Shown: piece after piece, positions 1-13,079 of the stretch | How the letters are laid out: the number at the start of each line of letters is the position of its first letter | Numbering within the stretch: position 1 is the stretch's first letter | NCBI RefSeq assembly: GCF_006345805.1 | Contig: NC_043002.1 | Coordinates: 15,624,001 to 15,688,000 of the forward strand | Direction of reading: 5' to 3' | Source: Octopus sinensis | Taxonomy: Eukaryota | DNA length: 64,000 nucleotides | Position numbers and translations under genes: made by a program | The notes under the pieces: generated by a model | Database searches by the model: none | Told to the model about the DNA's origin: nothing | The model's input: the letters and a program-made list of their open reading frames with translations, nothing else

Positions 1-146
1 TGGTGATCAGCGTGCAATAACTAAGGAAAATAGTCTAATAAAGGGGCATATATGCCCTCGTCAGAAAAAGGAAAACTTCTCTAAACGCGTGGGATTCGAA
101 CCCATATTATCCCCTTGCTAAATGAGTTACCTTTATTCGCTCCATT

Positions 147-186
147 ATACACACACACACATACACACACACACCACACACACACA

Positions 187-257
<71 letters not shown>

Positions 258-261
258 ATAT
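147..261. repeat. (CA)n/(TA)n compound microsatellite
   Basis: Direct reading. Representative of dozens of similar tracts (e.g. 815-900, 12590-12660, 14880-15115, 36120-36400, 55300-55425). Confidence 0.97.
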
Positions 262-263
262 AG

Positions 264-598
264 GGGCGCTCACTCGGTTACGCCGACGAGCGTCCCAGCT
301 AATGCGATCAGTGGAACTGTTTGCTCGTGAAGTTAACGTGCAAGTGGCTGAGCACTCTATGTGTACCCTTAAAGAAGTTCTCATGAAGATTAGATTTAGC
401 GTGACACAGAGTGTGAAGTGGCTGACCCTTAGAAATACAGTTACTACTAATTTTTGCCAGCTGAGTGAACTGGAGCAATGTGAAATAAAGTGTCTTGCTC
501 AAGAACACAACTCGGCGCCGGGAATGGAACTCACGACCCTACGATCGTGAGTCGAATAGCTATCAACTAAGACTCTCAACTAAGCCAGGCGACTTCCC
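264..598 (-). mobile_element. tRNA-derived SINE, family A
   Basis: Collinear with copies at 11301, 51735 and 62057 (shared ggttacg..gacgag..cccagct...aacgtgcaagtggctgagcactc). Decayed tRNA-like head at the right end on the minus strand. Confidence 0.85.
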
Positions 599-814
599 TA
601 TATATATAAATGTGCGTGCGTGTGTGTTTGTGCCTGTGTGTAAATGTGTGTATGTGAGTGCTTGTTTGTGTGTGTGTGTTTACAAAACTTTATACTAAGC
701 TGCAAAATCATCACAATAACTGTCACACTGACTTTCCCGTCCCATTTGTCGGATAGTATTCGAATACCGCAACATAATTTGAGAACTGTATCATCTTTAG
801 AAATAATCTACGCA

Positions 815-900
<86 letters not shown>

Positions 901-904
<4 letters not shown>

Positions 905-982
905 GCATATATGCATATATATATAAGTCTGCCTTCGGTATTCGAATACTATACTTCCACCTTGCTTTGTATTTATGCGTTT

Positions 983-1034
<52 letters not shown>

Positions 1035-1112
1035 AAATGCATAAATACAAAGCAAGGTGGAAGTATAGTATTCGAATACCGAAGGCAGACTTATATATAT
1101 ATGCATATATGC

Positions 1113-1116
<4 letters not shown>
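901..1116. repeat. near-perfect palindrome (~108-bp arms) between (TA)n tracts
   Basis: taatgcatatatgc...aagtctgccttcggtattcgaatac... is mirrored by ...gtattcgaataccgaaggcagactt...gcatta; centre in the AT run at 1009/1010. Confidence 0.93.
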
Positions 1117-1173
<57 letters not shown>

Positions 1174-2679
1174 TGCGAATAACGATCAGCTTTCTAAGCT
1201 ACGATTTGAACCCTAATCTAGAAGTTCCTCTTCGTATTGTTTTCGCCATTTGCATTAGTAGATTAATGAGAATAACCTGAGGAATAATCCTTGTCATTTT
1301 TTTTTTTTTTGAAATATGAAGACTATAAAAACGTAGCAGCAAATAATCTCTTTCTGTTCGCTCATTCAGCGTCCACAAAGAACTCATATTTTTCTTTCTT
1401 CCTTCTTCCAATACCGATGGAAAAGCAAAACCTTCATGCGTGGACAACACCCTGCTTATACTCTTTACATTATTTATATTTCAAGATAGCCAGAAATGTT
1501 CCTGAAAATAAATGATTTGGTATCTTCTGCAAATGTATTCTATCGTTACTGATGAATTGTGTTTCATTGATAACTTCATTTACTGTTCGTCAATATCATT
1601 TCCAATCACGCTGTGAAGCGACAACTTCTTAAGAAACCCCGAATAGTAATACCTCGCTTTAATTGGTTTCACTATCTGCCTTCTCAGATGACATAGCACC
1701 CAAGTCACATTTTCACTCAATCGGCTAAACCTTCTGTAAATATATCAACACTGACCGGTTAGCTTATCTATAAAGCGTATCTGACAGAAAAAAAATTTAC
1801 TTTTATGCATTTAAATATTAATTCACTTGAAAATATCTCTATTATCTATGTGGATATACAAAAGTGCTTGTGTGATAGGATTTTGAGGCGTTTGCACCGC
1901 CATGAAATTATTTAATGATTAAATACGTCACTTCGCGTTTTGAGAAAAATTGTACTGAAGTCACTCATTTCAGCATATATCAACACATAATTTGTGTGGC
2001 TTTAAGAATCAAGTTTGCTCGAGGATTCTTTACAGAAAGATTCTGAATCGTTGAGTATATAATGGAGCTACAAATCTTAATTCTAGATGCGTTACTATGT
2101 ATACACTACCGGTTACTTGTAGCTTCATATTCCACGTCCACTTCGTTAAAATTCTTAGAACGTTTAAGTATAAATGAAATCAGTTATTAAAAATTAGGAC
2201 GCATACCTAAGTATTCTTGCTATAAGTAAATTTAGTAATTAATTTAACAAGTTAAGAGTGAGTTTATGTTTCTCAACTACACTATTTGGCAAGATCACTT
2301 GCAGTGTATGAACTCTTTGATTCGAAACTAATAGAGATGTCTGTTATGATTTTAGATTCAGACCTTATAAGTTTTCGATAGATTGTATTACTTAAATGGG
2401 AAAAACGAAATAATTTAGCTGCAAAGTGCAATCGGTTATATTTTCTTTTAATGGTGAGCTTACTTTTTATTCTATTAAATATACCATAATACTTAATTAT
2501 GTAGTTACAAGTACAGTCCACTTGATATTTAATAGATTAAATTGATTTACTATTTATATAAACTCTGTTATTTTTCAATCCTCTTTTATGTACTTTGCAG
2601 CCAAGCGAAATATCATGGTATTAAATCTAATTTAGGCACCATGATAAAAATTTTGAGAAGACGGTATTAGTCGATAATA

Positions 2680-3895
2680 TTGGGTTGTCCGGAAAGTTCG
2701 TGTCGATTTATAGTAGCTTATTTTAGAACATGGTTGAATACAAAATTAGGATTTGTTAACACCTCCATTTAGAGCACAGCTTGAGCTATTTTTTGTGGAA
2801 GAGGGTTTATGTTCCTATAACCTGTGTTAATTTTGTAACCCTTTCAAATGGAAGATAAGAAAGTTCATTTTCGTCACTTGATGCTTTTCTATTTCTGTAA
2901 AGGGAAAAATGCCCCACAAGCAACCAAAGAAATATGCGCAGTTTACGGTGATGATTCTTTATCCGAAAGAACTGTACGGAAGTGCTTCGCAAGGTTTCGA
3001 GCTGGAGATTATAGCCTTATTGATAAGGAGCGATCAAGCAAACCATCCAATACAGATAATATCCCATATTGCACACCCCGAGAATTAGCAGAAAGCCTCA
3101 ACCTATCAAAATCCGACGTTCGTGAGCATCTGCTAAAGCTTCGGTACACAAATCGCTACGATGTTTGGGTACCACATGAGTTGAATGAGAAGAACATTTT
3201 GGAGCGCATTTCCAAGCAAATTGTTACAGGTGAGGAAAAATGGATTATCTACTGAAATGTTCAGAGAAAGCGATCCTGGAGTAAGCGAAATGTGCCACCC
3301 TTAGCCACCTCAAAAGCGGGTCTTCACCCTAAAACACTCCTGCTTTGTGTCTAGTGGGATGGGAAAGGAATTCTGTACTATGAGCTTCTCCCAAGTTTAA
3401 CTTAATTGTAACTTAATTAACCAGAAATTAATTCTGAGAAATACTGTACACAACGGGACGAGTTTAATAGCAGCAATTCAAGAGAAAGCTCCAAAATTTA
3501 CCAATAGGAAGGGTGTTATTTTCCAACATGATAATGCCAGACAGCACGTTTCTTGGGGAACCAGACAAAAATGGCTGCAGCTCGGCTGGGATGTGTTACC
3601 CCACTCTCCATATTCACCAGATATTGCTCCTTTGGATTTCCACTTATTCAGATGTCTACAATATAGCTTTAATAGTAAAAATTTCAATTACTTGGATGAC
3701 GTAAAAAGATAACTTGATGAATTATTTACCATGAAACCACCTCGATTGTGGGAAGAGGGTATTTTCAAGTTAAAGGAAAGATGGAGAGTCATTGTGCAAA
3801 TAAATGGTTCATATTTGGTAGATTAAAAATGTAATGGTATTTCTTGACCATTTTCTTTCCTTTAAAAATCGGCACGAACTTTCCGGACAACCCAA
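2680..3895 (+). mobile_element. full-length mariner (Tc1/mariner) DNA transposon, defective
   Basis: 30-bp TIRs ttgggttgtccggaaagttcgtgtcgattt / aaatcggcacgaactttccggacaacccaa (1 mismatch); TA target duplication at 2678-2679 and 3896-3897. Confidence 0.96.
2848..3825 (+). pseudogene. mariner transposase pseudogene
   Basis: MEDKKVHFRHLMLFYF..GKNA N-terminus, WVPHEL, IVTGEEKW (TGDEKW), FQHDNAR and PYSPDIAPLDFHLF motifs; broken by stops, deletions and frameshifts. Confidence 0.93.
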
Positions 3896-4552
3896 TATTT
3901 ACCTCAGTATTTTCTTTATAGTTTAATTTTACTGATGCCAGAGGGATAAAGGCTAAAGTTCACAAAGGTAACAAAAGATGTTGAACTTCGCATACACTCA
4001 TGTTTGGAATGATTAATGTCTAATTTGTTTACAAGAGTAGCGATTTTAACGAGAATGTTAGAAGAAAATCGACTCCAATACGTAACAAGTTATCCAAAAG
4101 GAGCGAATAAAGAAGTTGACTACGGAGATCATTCCGGTTGAATTCACAGTTCTTGAAATTTTAAGATTAAGTTAAACTTCTAATTTAGTATACTTATGTA
4201 AAGTTGCACGCCGAAAAAACTTTTGTTATTCATATATTTATGAAAAATTTTAGAAAGATGTTACACCGATTTGAAGTTTCATCATTTTTACCCAGTCAGG
4301 AAAAAAAAATTTAGGAGCTGGCATTTTCTGCATCATAGTAAACGAAAGCAAAACATTAAATCGACGAATTTTTATTAAATAAAATGGCAATAAATCATTA
4401 CGACGTATATTGTATGGAATTCTAAAGTTTTAATAAAGCTTAATGGATAATGTAGTGTGAAGCGGTCGACCAGCCATGGAAGTATTTAAAAAACAGGCAC
4501 ATATCCTCAATGAATATTTTTTTACTAAATACTACGAAACAAAGAAACTGTA

Positions 4553-4665
4553 AGTTAAGGTTTAAAGTTTGGGTTAGGGGTTTTGAATTAACAATTACGG
4601 TTTATGTTTTTTTAAGTTAGGGATTAGAGTTGTGGTTCAGGTTTAGGATTATGGTTTAGGATAGG
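4553..4665 (+). repeat. degenerate telomere-like (TTAGGG-related) hexamer run
   Basis: gttaag/gggttagggg/gttaggg/attagag/tttagg units in a G/T-biased tract. Confidence 0.5.
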
Positions 4666-5305
4666 TCTGAATAGTGACTAACCTGAGGTTAATCAATTAA
4701 TAACATAATAATGGGAACAATTTTCTATTATACTTCTCTAATAAATGAATAACAAAATCAGATTCAGGGCAATAAATTATAGCGATATAACAAAGGTGAT
4801 AAGTTTTTTCTTAACTTCAGAATTTCAATGACTGGGACAGCAATAAATTTTTAAATTTTAAAGTCTTTTACAGCAGCAAAAAATACCTATATTTTCTGTC
4901 TGATGAAATTATGGAAAACAGGTAGCTGAAAAAGCATGATAAAGAATTTAAATATGAAAAATCGTCAATGATTGCTTTTATTTTTGGGGAAACAAACTCA
5001 GAAAAATAGTCTGTTATAGTGCAGTAAGTGCTCAGTTTACGTAAATAGTTAATATATAGCTTTTGTACCCAAACTTCAAAACCGAAAGTTCAGAATATAC
5101 GTATCAAAGAAAATAGATTAAAAATAAATATTCATAGGGTCTGTAGTAAGATGACAACTTCGTGTCGGTTTACTATGGAAACTGACACCAATTTTTTGTG
5201 ACATTCGGTGGGCTAAAATGATCCAAAATTTTAAAATTTTATGAAATGTAACTGGGATGTACTTGCATAGCAAGTGACCTGACCTGAGATCGTGTGCTGA
5301 AATAA

Positions 5306-5457
5306 AAACAACAGCAGTGTGAAAGGTGTATATAAGCCATTAAAAACACAATAACCGTTAGATTCACTTCAACATGTAAATTTAAATATTGAACTGAACC
5401 TAACGGTTTTTGTGTATTTTAAATGACTTATAAGCACCTTTCACGCTGCAATTGTTT
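5306..5457. repeat. imperfect inverted repeat, ~70-bp arms
   Basis: gcagtgtgaaaggtg..ataagccatt..aaccgttag pairs with ctaacggtt..aatgacttat..cacctttcacgctgc. Confidence 0.75.
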
Positions 5458-5508
5458 ATAAACTATTAATTTATTAGTTATTAATTTAAGTAAACAAAAA
5501 AAAACTAC

Positions 5509-5742
5509 TTCCCAGAAAATCTTGTACTTGCGTTCTTTGCCAGTGAGGAACCTAGCGGAACCTCCTCTCTACCTTACTACTTGAAGGCAGCACAAATCTA
5601 CATGTCCCCATTCAAGTATCTCAACAGTCTCACCAGACCTACCTTTCAGCGTGTTCATGTTGAGTGTGCCAGCTCTGAGATTGTGGGAGGTGTGGGTCCA
5701 TGAGAGCATGGGATGAGGGACATCAGCGCCATGTACCTGAAA
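5509..5742 (-). mobile_element. RTE-clade LINE fragment (APE endonuclease N-terminus)
   Basis: Minus strand translates LRAGTLNMNTLKGRSGETVEILEWGHVDLCCLQVVR*RGGSARFLTGKERKYKIFW, matching the GTxNV...D(I/L)xxLQE.RW.G pattern of RTE APE domains. Confidence 0.8.
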
Positions 5743-6546
5743 AGAAAGCTCGCTATAAAGTTTATATTAATTATATAATAAAACTAATAAGAATATTATA
5801 AATATAAAAATTGAATTGATACTTGCTAAGACACTAATTTAAGATAAGTGGAACATTATAAATACACTTTTCCCAAGAAAAGAGAAACTGATTCACTGTA
5901 ACAATATGCACACACACATGCATATATACTTCTATACATACACACATCAGTACACAATATTTGACACGGATTCGATTAGCGAATGTTTTCTGTTGCTGTG
6001 TCAGCAACAGAAACGATCCGACGACGCCAGAATACAAATGCCCGGTAGAAATTCTGAAAAACACTTTACGGAAGCACGAACGACTCGTACAGGATTATTC
6101 AGAAACATTACATTACTTGTAATCAGATGAGGGGCATATTCTACACACAATGAATATAGATAACTAAAACGAGTTTAACATATTCAAATTTTGTGGAAGT
6201 AGCTGCAAGGTAATTAGGTCTCTGGTAAAATCTGATTGTAGAAGTAAGTCATATTGAGCTACAAACGTTAAAGAATACAAGCGTCTAAGCATTATTACTG
6301 CATAGGTATAGATTGGACGTACATGAGAATATAGGCTACACTGTACGATAAATCAATATATAGAGTTGAGAATAAACAGCCACTATACACGAATTCCGAA
6401 TACATAATTATAATGAGATTGTAGCATAAGAGAGGTTCAAAGGTCTATTGATTCATTTCGAATAAAAGTAAGTGGTGTGTGTGTATGTGTATGTGTGTAT
6501 CAATACCTAAATGAATACAAACACACAGGCATGCACGCACACACAT

Positions 6547-6578
<32 letters not shown>

Positions 6579-6749
6579 GTATTAGCTGAAACTAGAAAAA
6601 AAAATATATATATACACATATATATAAATATACAAGTATACTTGTGTATATTGGTTACTGTTTATGTCTGTTAGAAGATTGAGCATCTTATGTTAGTGTG
6701 TATGGGTATATTCTTGTGTAGTTCTCCTATATTGTGTCCCATTGTGGAT

Positions 6750-7047
6750 TGTTCCCTCTCGGGTCACGCCTGGCCCATAGGGCCGGTTTTCCGGTTTCTA
6801 TGGCATATAGATTCCCCACCTGGACGGGACACCGGTCTGTCGCGGGTGTGCTGCAAGATGCAAGAGGAAAGAGTGAGAGAAAGTTGTGGTGAAAGAGTCA
6901 GCAGAATTTCGCCATTATCTTCTGCCGGAGCCGCGTTGAGCTTAGGTGTTTCGCTGATAAATACACACATCTCTCGGTCTGAGATTCGAACCCGCGATCC
7001 CTCGATCACAAGTCAGCTCCTCTAGCTACTAGGCCATGTGTCTCCAC
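6750..7047 (-). mobile_element. tRNA-derived SINE, family C
   Basis: Reverse complement of the copy at 42435-42722; B box gggttcgaatctc on the minus strand. Confidence 0.85.
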
Positions 7048-7359
7048 TTTACTGGTAAATATTTAATCGACTCCGTAAAGATGAAAGGCAAAGTTGACCT
7101 CGGCGCAATTTGAACTCGGAATGTATTGGCAGGCGAAATACCTACAAGGGGCTAAACACAGAGAGGACAAACAAGGACAGACAAACGGATTAAGTCGATT
7201 ATATCGACCCCAGTGCGTAAATGGTACTTAATTTATCGACCCCGAAAGGATGAAAGGCAAAGTAGACCTCGGCGGAATTTGAACTCAGAACGTATTGGCG
7301 GACGAAATAACGCTAAGTATTTCGCCCGGTGTGCTAACGATTCTGCCAGCTCGCCGCCT
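7048..7359 (-). mobile_element. SINE family D (one full copy plus a partial copy)
   Basis: Shares gaaaggcaaagt.gacctcggcggaatttgaactcagaacg...ctgccagctcgccgcc with 20926, 29453, 30355 and 37590. Confidence 0.85.
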
Positions 7360-8289
7360 TTTGCATCCCAATGGGAGGATGAAATGGAAAACGTAAGTAA
7401 TTCAAACGGTACAGTTTATCGAGGATTTTATTAATTCTATTACAAAATGATTATTAAAATTAAAGTCATTCACCATCCCTACTCAACAAATATTTCCGAT
7501 TTCTTAACTGCCACACATATTTCTCCCCTAGAAGTCTATCAATATTACGCTAGGACTGCAACGTTTATTTCAAGAATCGATCTTCATTTATTAGGCTTTC
7601 GATGGACTTCACATGGTTCTCGTGTCGCTGATTCAACTGAGAATGTTTTAAACCATTTGTGTGTTTTTATTAGTGTGCTTTCTTGCGTATATTTCCGAAT
7701 ATTTTCGGACGTGAACTTTGAGCGAGGTATCGTAGATATACTTGGTTGAGTAGAAGACAGTATTACGTATTTTAAAAGGAAATATTTCACTTGTTGTGAA
7801 ACAGCCTATACTGAGGGAGACATAAAATTAAAATTTTATACTCAGAACATGAGATTCAATAATGAATTAACTGATGTTTACGTAGACATTAACTGATAAT
7901 TAACTTAATACTGAAAGGATGTTTAAACATAAACGAATTCTAGCATTAAACAGAAATGAGAGATTTATTGGAAAGGCATTACAAGATATTCAAAGGATTC
8001 GCATTTCTTCATTCTCCCTCAATCGATTCGCTGTGAGAAAACGGAAGGATGAGAGGAATTCAAGTGTATTTGAATTCAGGAACACATCTAATTACTAGGA
8101 AAACATTTAATTGACGTTCTAAATATTCTGCCAAATGTTAGACATTGTATATCAGCAACGATATAATTAGATGCCGTATTGTTGATAAGATATAAATTTT
8201 AGGGATGGCAGTTATAACAGCCCTAGATTGCTCTAATTTTAGTATATCATTACTACACATATAATAAGCTGACCTGCTAAATTATATGA

Positions 8290-8905
8290 TTCTAAATTGA
8301 AGGACGCAGACACACACCACTAAACACTGCTTGTCACTGCCAACTAGTTTACAGAATGCTCTATAGAATATCACTATACAATGTTTTTCTATTAAACTTG
8401 GCAAAAATACTACAGAATCATAAGGTATGGTTATGAATTAATTTTATGAGTCGAGTATCTGTTTTTTATGCTGGCACAAGAGGCCACATAAGGCAACTTT
8501 ACGCGAAAGCTTATGATGATTTCCGTTTTCGAGAGGAAGTGGTTTCGTCTCAAAAGACTAGAGCACCTACAAAAAGAGAATGCACCGTTCACAGTTCCAT
8601 TCAGGTAACAAACTACTTGACAAAAATTGACATCAGAACTGTTCCTTGCTCTCCCTACAGTCCAGGCCTTGCTCCCTATTACATGAGAATGCTCCCCATG
8701 CTACAGAAGAAGGATGTTATTACAAGAGTCCTGGAAAGGTTCACTTTGCAGGGCTTCTATGGCGCATTCTTGAAGGATCTGGAGCTCTAAAACAGGAGAT
8801 TGAAGATAGAGGATCCTTACCGTAAAGGTGTTTAGTGTTTTGTATTTCTTTGAAATTAATAAATATTTCTCTTAAAAAGACACAAAACATCTGAAATTTA
8901 CTTTG
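8290..8905 (+). pseudogene. degraded mariner transposase relic
   Basis: VHSSIQVTNYLTKIDIRTVPCSPYSPGLAP resembles the mariner H..P.HPPYSPDLAP region; boundaries approximate. Confidence 0.65.
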
Positions 8906-9353
8906 TCCAATGAAGCTTTTCCAGAAATGTTCACTGCTTTCAAAATGCAGTTCTGTATTACATGACACTACAGACTTAGGTTACGTTATTTATAAGTGTA
9001 AACCTAGTTGCTTACGGGTATACAGAATTGAGTATGATTCCCATAATCTCGAATATAGCGATTTAAAAAAAACCGAGTGGACAGTTTAAGTACAACCAAG
9101 TGCTGTACCAATGAAACATCTAGTACGCGTTTCAGCTGGGATGACATAATTTTCTTATGCTTAATGGTAACACGTGGCAAGGAATATAATGGAGAAATGC
9201 TGAATCCAGAACCTCACTGGAACACTTTTAGTATTTCATTCGTAGATAAAAGAAACAATACATGTCTTGTTGTTATTAGAGTGATGACATTCGGAGTAGT
9301 GCCGAAAACGGAAATCATCTCTGTAACGTCAGCCTAATTTATTTTATTGGGAA

Positions 9354-9751
9354 CTAGCAGTATCACCCGGTGTTGCTCGGGTTTGTAAGGGAAATAACTA
9401 TATAAGCATTTATTAGAGAGTTATAGCCAAAAAAATAGCAAAAAAATGCATTAAAAATGGAAACAAAATGATGGTGAATTTTTTAAAATCGTTGACTCAT
9501 CGTAGACATTTTTAGAGAGTTACTTCCCTTATATAATAGCGACAAAATGCATTAAAATTGAAAAGAATGATGGTAAATCTTTTTTTAAATCGTAGACTCA
9601 TCGTAGACGCGCGCTAATACCCAGAAGGGCTCCATATGAATCACGACTATAAGATACCCGGTTTTGGTTAAACTGCACCGCAAAATGTGGGAGTAGTTAG
9701 GAATCTCAATCGTAGGAGACAGACACACAACTTGACTTTTATATATAAAGA
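9354..9751 (-). mobile_element. non-autonomous Helitron, family 1
   Basis: Minus strand begins A|TCTTTATATAT and ends with hairpin cccgagcaacaccggg + CTAG|T; no TSD; internal ~100-bp tandem duplication; second copy at 18193. Confidence 0.85.
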
Positions 9752-10399
9752 TTTCGCGTTTCTTTATTTTACCAGGATTTGTCTCATTATTAATTTCTGT
9801 TTCAATGCTATGTCCATGTGACTTTATTCAAGCACATGCAGTCTCCTTCTCAAATTAGACTGCTCGTCTTTGTTTCTGAAGATCATGAGAATTGTAGCTT
9901 TTATAGCAGTGACATATACACTGGATTGCAGGTCTATAGCCCTCTAGACACCAGGTAAAACGGAGTGCGATGGCTGGATACAAACCAGAGATTACGAAAG
10001 ATGAACGTGCTCAATGTGTCTGGCTTCGTTATCATGCACTCCTCCCACAAGGACTTAGCCATATATCTGAGAATAATAAAGAAAGCAATCCTAATTAGCA
10101 AGACCTCTCCAAATGTTAGTAATACAACCATGCTACATGCTGCTGATTTGCTATTACACAAATGATATCCTCCTTAGAAATCGCTCATATATACATACTT
10201 TAGGACACAATAACAAGTCTTCGAAAATTTCCTAAAGAAGTGTTCCTAACTACGAAATATGGAAATAAATGTTAAAAGTACAAATGGAGTATTATTTCTT
10301 GCAGCTTATTGGATTTAAAAATATATATTTCTTTATAATTCAAGCAACAGTACATAGACTATTATAGTTTGTAGTGGCTGTGTCAGGTATGCTGTCGGT

Positions 10400-11300
10400 C
10401 GTATTCTTAGGCAGTCACACCAGCTACGCTGACGATACAATTGTGTTCCTGCCAGTCACCCATCCTGCAAAGTAACCTGCGTGCGATACATAAATGGGTT
10501 GATGAATATAACACGCCGTTCAATTCTGATAAGTTTCAAGCACTCAGCTATCGGCCTACAAACACACTACAATCGGAATACACAGGACCTGGAGGCTGAG
10601 CAATCCCAGAGTTAGAATCGATGCATATACTAGGAATCAACATGATTAGTAACGCATATTATAACTAATGCATAAACATTCCATGCATATTGCCAGGATG
10701 GCAACACTCTGCAGGCGAGTATCTGGATGGATTCTTAGATCATTCAGAACCAGAAATAAGGAATACCTTGCTACTCTTATGGAGGACATTTGACCCTAGT
10801 CATCTGGATTACTGCTCCCAAATATGATCACCGCAGATCATCAAATTAATGGCGGAACGTCAGGCAATCCAGCGCCACTACACAAAGAAGATTGACTCGG
10901 TTATAGAGATGAGATGGTATAAAGGCTTCAAGAACTGAAGCTCTAGTCCCTGGAGGGAATTAAATGCTACACTAACCACTGGGTTGGACGACACTCGATC
11001 ATAGGAAAGATACTTTCTTCTTCATTTCAGATGAGGACACATTACTGACACAGACTGGGCTTTAGGTGACCAAAATTGCTAAGTATTCTATCGACGAACC
11101 TGGGAGACTTGCGGTGTAGGTGTGGAGATGATCAAAAAGCATCTGGACTAATTTCTATTTGAAATAGCAGACGAGTGCACAACGCAGGAGGCACAACAAA
11201 GAGGAGCTCCGACCAAGTCCCTCTATCATCAAAAGCAGTACTGAAAAGACACTGAAAGGCGGTGCTTCAACATGGACACAGCCTCAGCCTGACATTAGCT
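10400..11300 (+). mobile_element. CR1/L2-group LINE 3' fragment (RT C-terminus and 3' end), degraded
   Basis: Translates SYADDT, WVDEYNTPFNSDKFQAL, GWILRSFRTRNKE and HLDYCSQI*SP, with stops and frameshifts. Confidence 0.85.
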
Positions 11301-11630
11301 TTTAAAAAGACTCCGCCGGTTACGACGACGAGGGTCCCAGCTGATACGATCAACGGAACAGCTTGCTCGTGAAATTAACGTGCAAATGGCTGAGCATTCC
11401 ACAGACACGTGTACCCTTAACGTAGTTCTCGGGGATAATCAGCGTGACACAGAGAGTGACAAGGCTGACCCTTTGAAATACAAGTACAACTCATTTTTGC
11501 CAGCTGAGTGGACTGGAGCAACGTGAAATAAAGTGTCTTGCTCAAGGACACAACGCGTCGCCCGGAATCGAACTCACAACCTTACGATCATGAGCCGAAT
11601 GCCCTAACCACTAAGCCACGCGCCCTCACT
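11301..11630 (-). mobile_element. SINE family A, young copy with 11-bp TSD
   Basis: TSD tgacattagct at 11290-11300 and 11631-11641; A box tggcttagtgg and B box gagttcgattcc on the minus strand. Confidence 0.93.
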
Positions 11631-12014
11631 TGACATTAGCTAAAAGATTAAAGAATAACAGGTAATGATTCATGCAAAATATATATATTTTCTAGTATCT
11701 CATTTCTTTCTTTCTTACTTTCTTGTCTTTTTAATTCTTATTTCTCGTTCTTTGAAATTTTTTGACACAAAGCACAGTTTTAGCATCAAAAGACAAAAGT
11801 GCAGTATAGTACGCAGCACAATGTAAAAAGTCGCCCGTCTCGTGTATCATCGGAGCATGAAACTTATACAAGCTCACATGATACTTGCCTCTCCCTAGAT
11901 GGAGATTGATTTGATATTACCTATGACAAAATAGGATAGTGTATATGTACTTATATATAGATACACGCACAAGCACACACACACACATATATACACAAGT
12001 ATATTTATACTCCA

Positions 12015-12408
12015 TTTTACTCTTTTAAATGTATCAGTTATTTGACTGCAACCATGCTGGAGCACCGCCTTTAGTCGAGCAAATCGACCCCAAGGCTTAT
12101 TCTTTGTAAGCCTAGTACTTATTCTATCGGACTCTTTTGCCTAATCACTAAGTTACGGGGACGTAAGCACAACTGCATCCGTTGCCAGCCGCTGTTGGAG
12201 GGACACACAGACACAAAAACATATACACACATATATAAATACATACGACGGGCTTCTTTCAGTTTCAGACTACCAAATCCAATCAAAAGGCTCCGGTTGT
12301 GCTGAGGCTATAGTAGAAGATACTTGCCAAAGATGCCACGAAGTGGGAGTGAACCCGAAGCCATATGGTTCGTAAGCAAGCTATTTACCGCTCCGCCACT
12401 CCTACGCC
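12015..12408 (-). mobile_element. tRNA-derived SINE, family B (CORE-like central motif)
   Basis: Reverse complement of the ggcgtaggagtggc...ttggcaagt...gaaagaagcccgtcgta family also at 38237, 47226 and 58792. Confidence 0.88.
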
Positions 12409-12444
<36 letters not shown>

Positions 12445-12586
12445 GTGTGTGTGTGTATGAGTGTGTGGTGTATATACATATGTATATATGTATATATATA
12501 CATATATATATATTTGTATATATTCAAAGATACATATATATGTGTGTGTATGTCTGTGTATGTATGCATACGTATGTATTCCTATT

Positions 12587-12661
<75 letters not shown>

Positions 12662-13079
12662 TATGTATGTATGCATGTATGTATGTATGTATCTGTGCGT
12701 GCGAGTATAAAGGCAACATTTCTAACAAAGATTACCCGTGCCGGTGTCAATATGACTCATTAGTTGCAAGTTAACTGATGATACCATGATCGCTTGACAG
12801 CATAAATAATAAACCAAGATGAATCAAAATCCAGCTTACTATTATAATGCTGAAAAATTACTGTAAGTATATTGGGTGGCGTGGTTTGTCTACAGTACGT
12901 GAGTTGTATATTGTTTTATGTAAGATCTCACGGCGCATATTATTAAACAGTTTGGAAAGAAAGAAAGATCTATCATATTTTTCACATGGTCAGTTTAGAA
13001 GCGCTCCCTGTCTACTCACGTTCAAATAAGTATCAAATAAGTTCACAAAAGACATAAGATACACTGATGCTAAAATAAT

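Noticed and set aside
122-1280. ORFs rich in YI/HT/CV dipeptides (also at 12324, 14451, 22214, 34675, 36116, 62928 and others)
   Set aside because: They are translations of (TA)n/(CA)n microsatellites, which lack stop codons.
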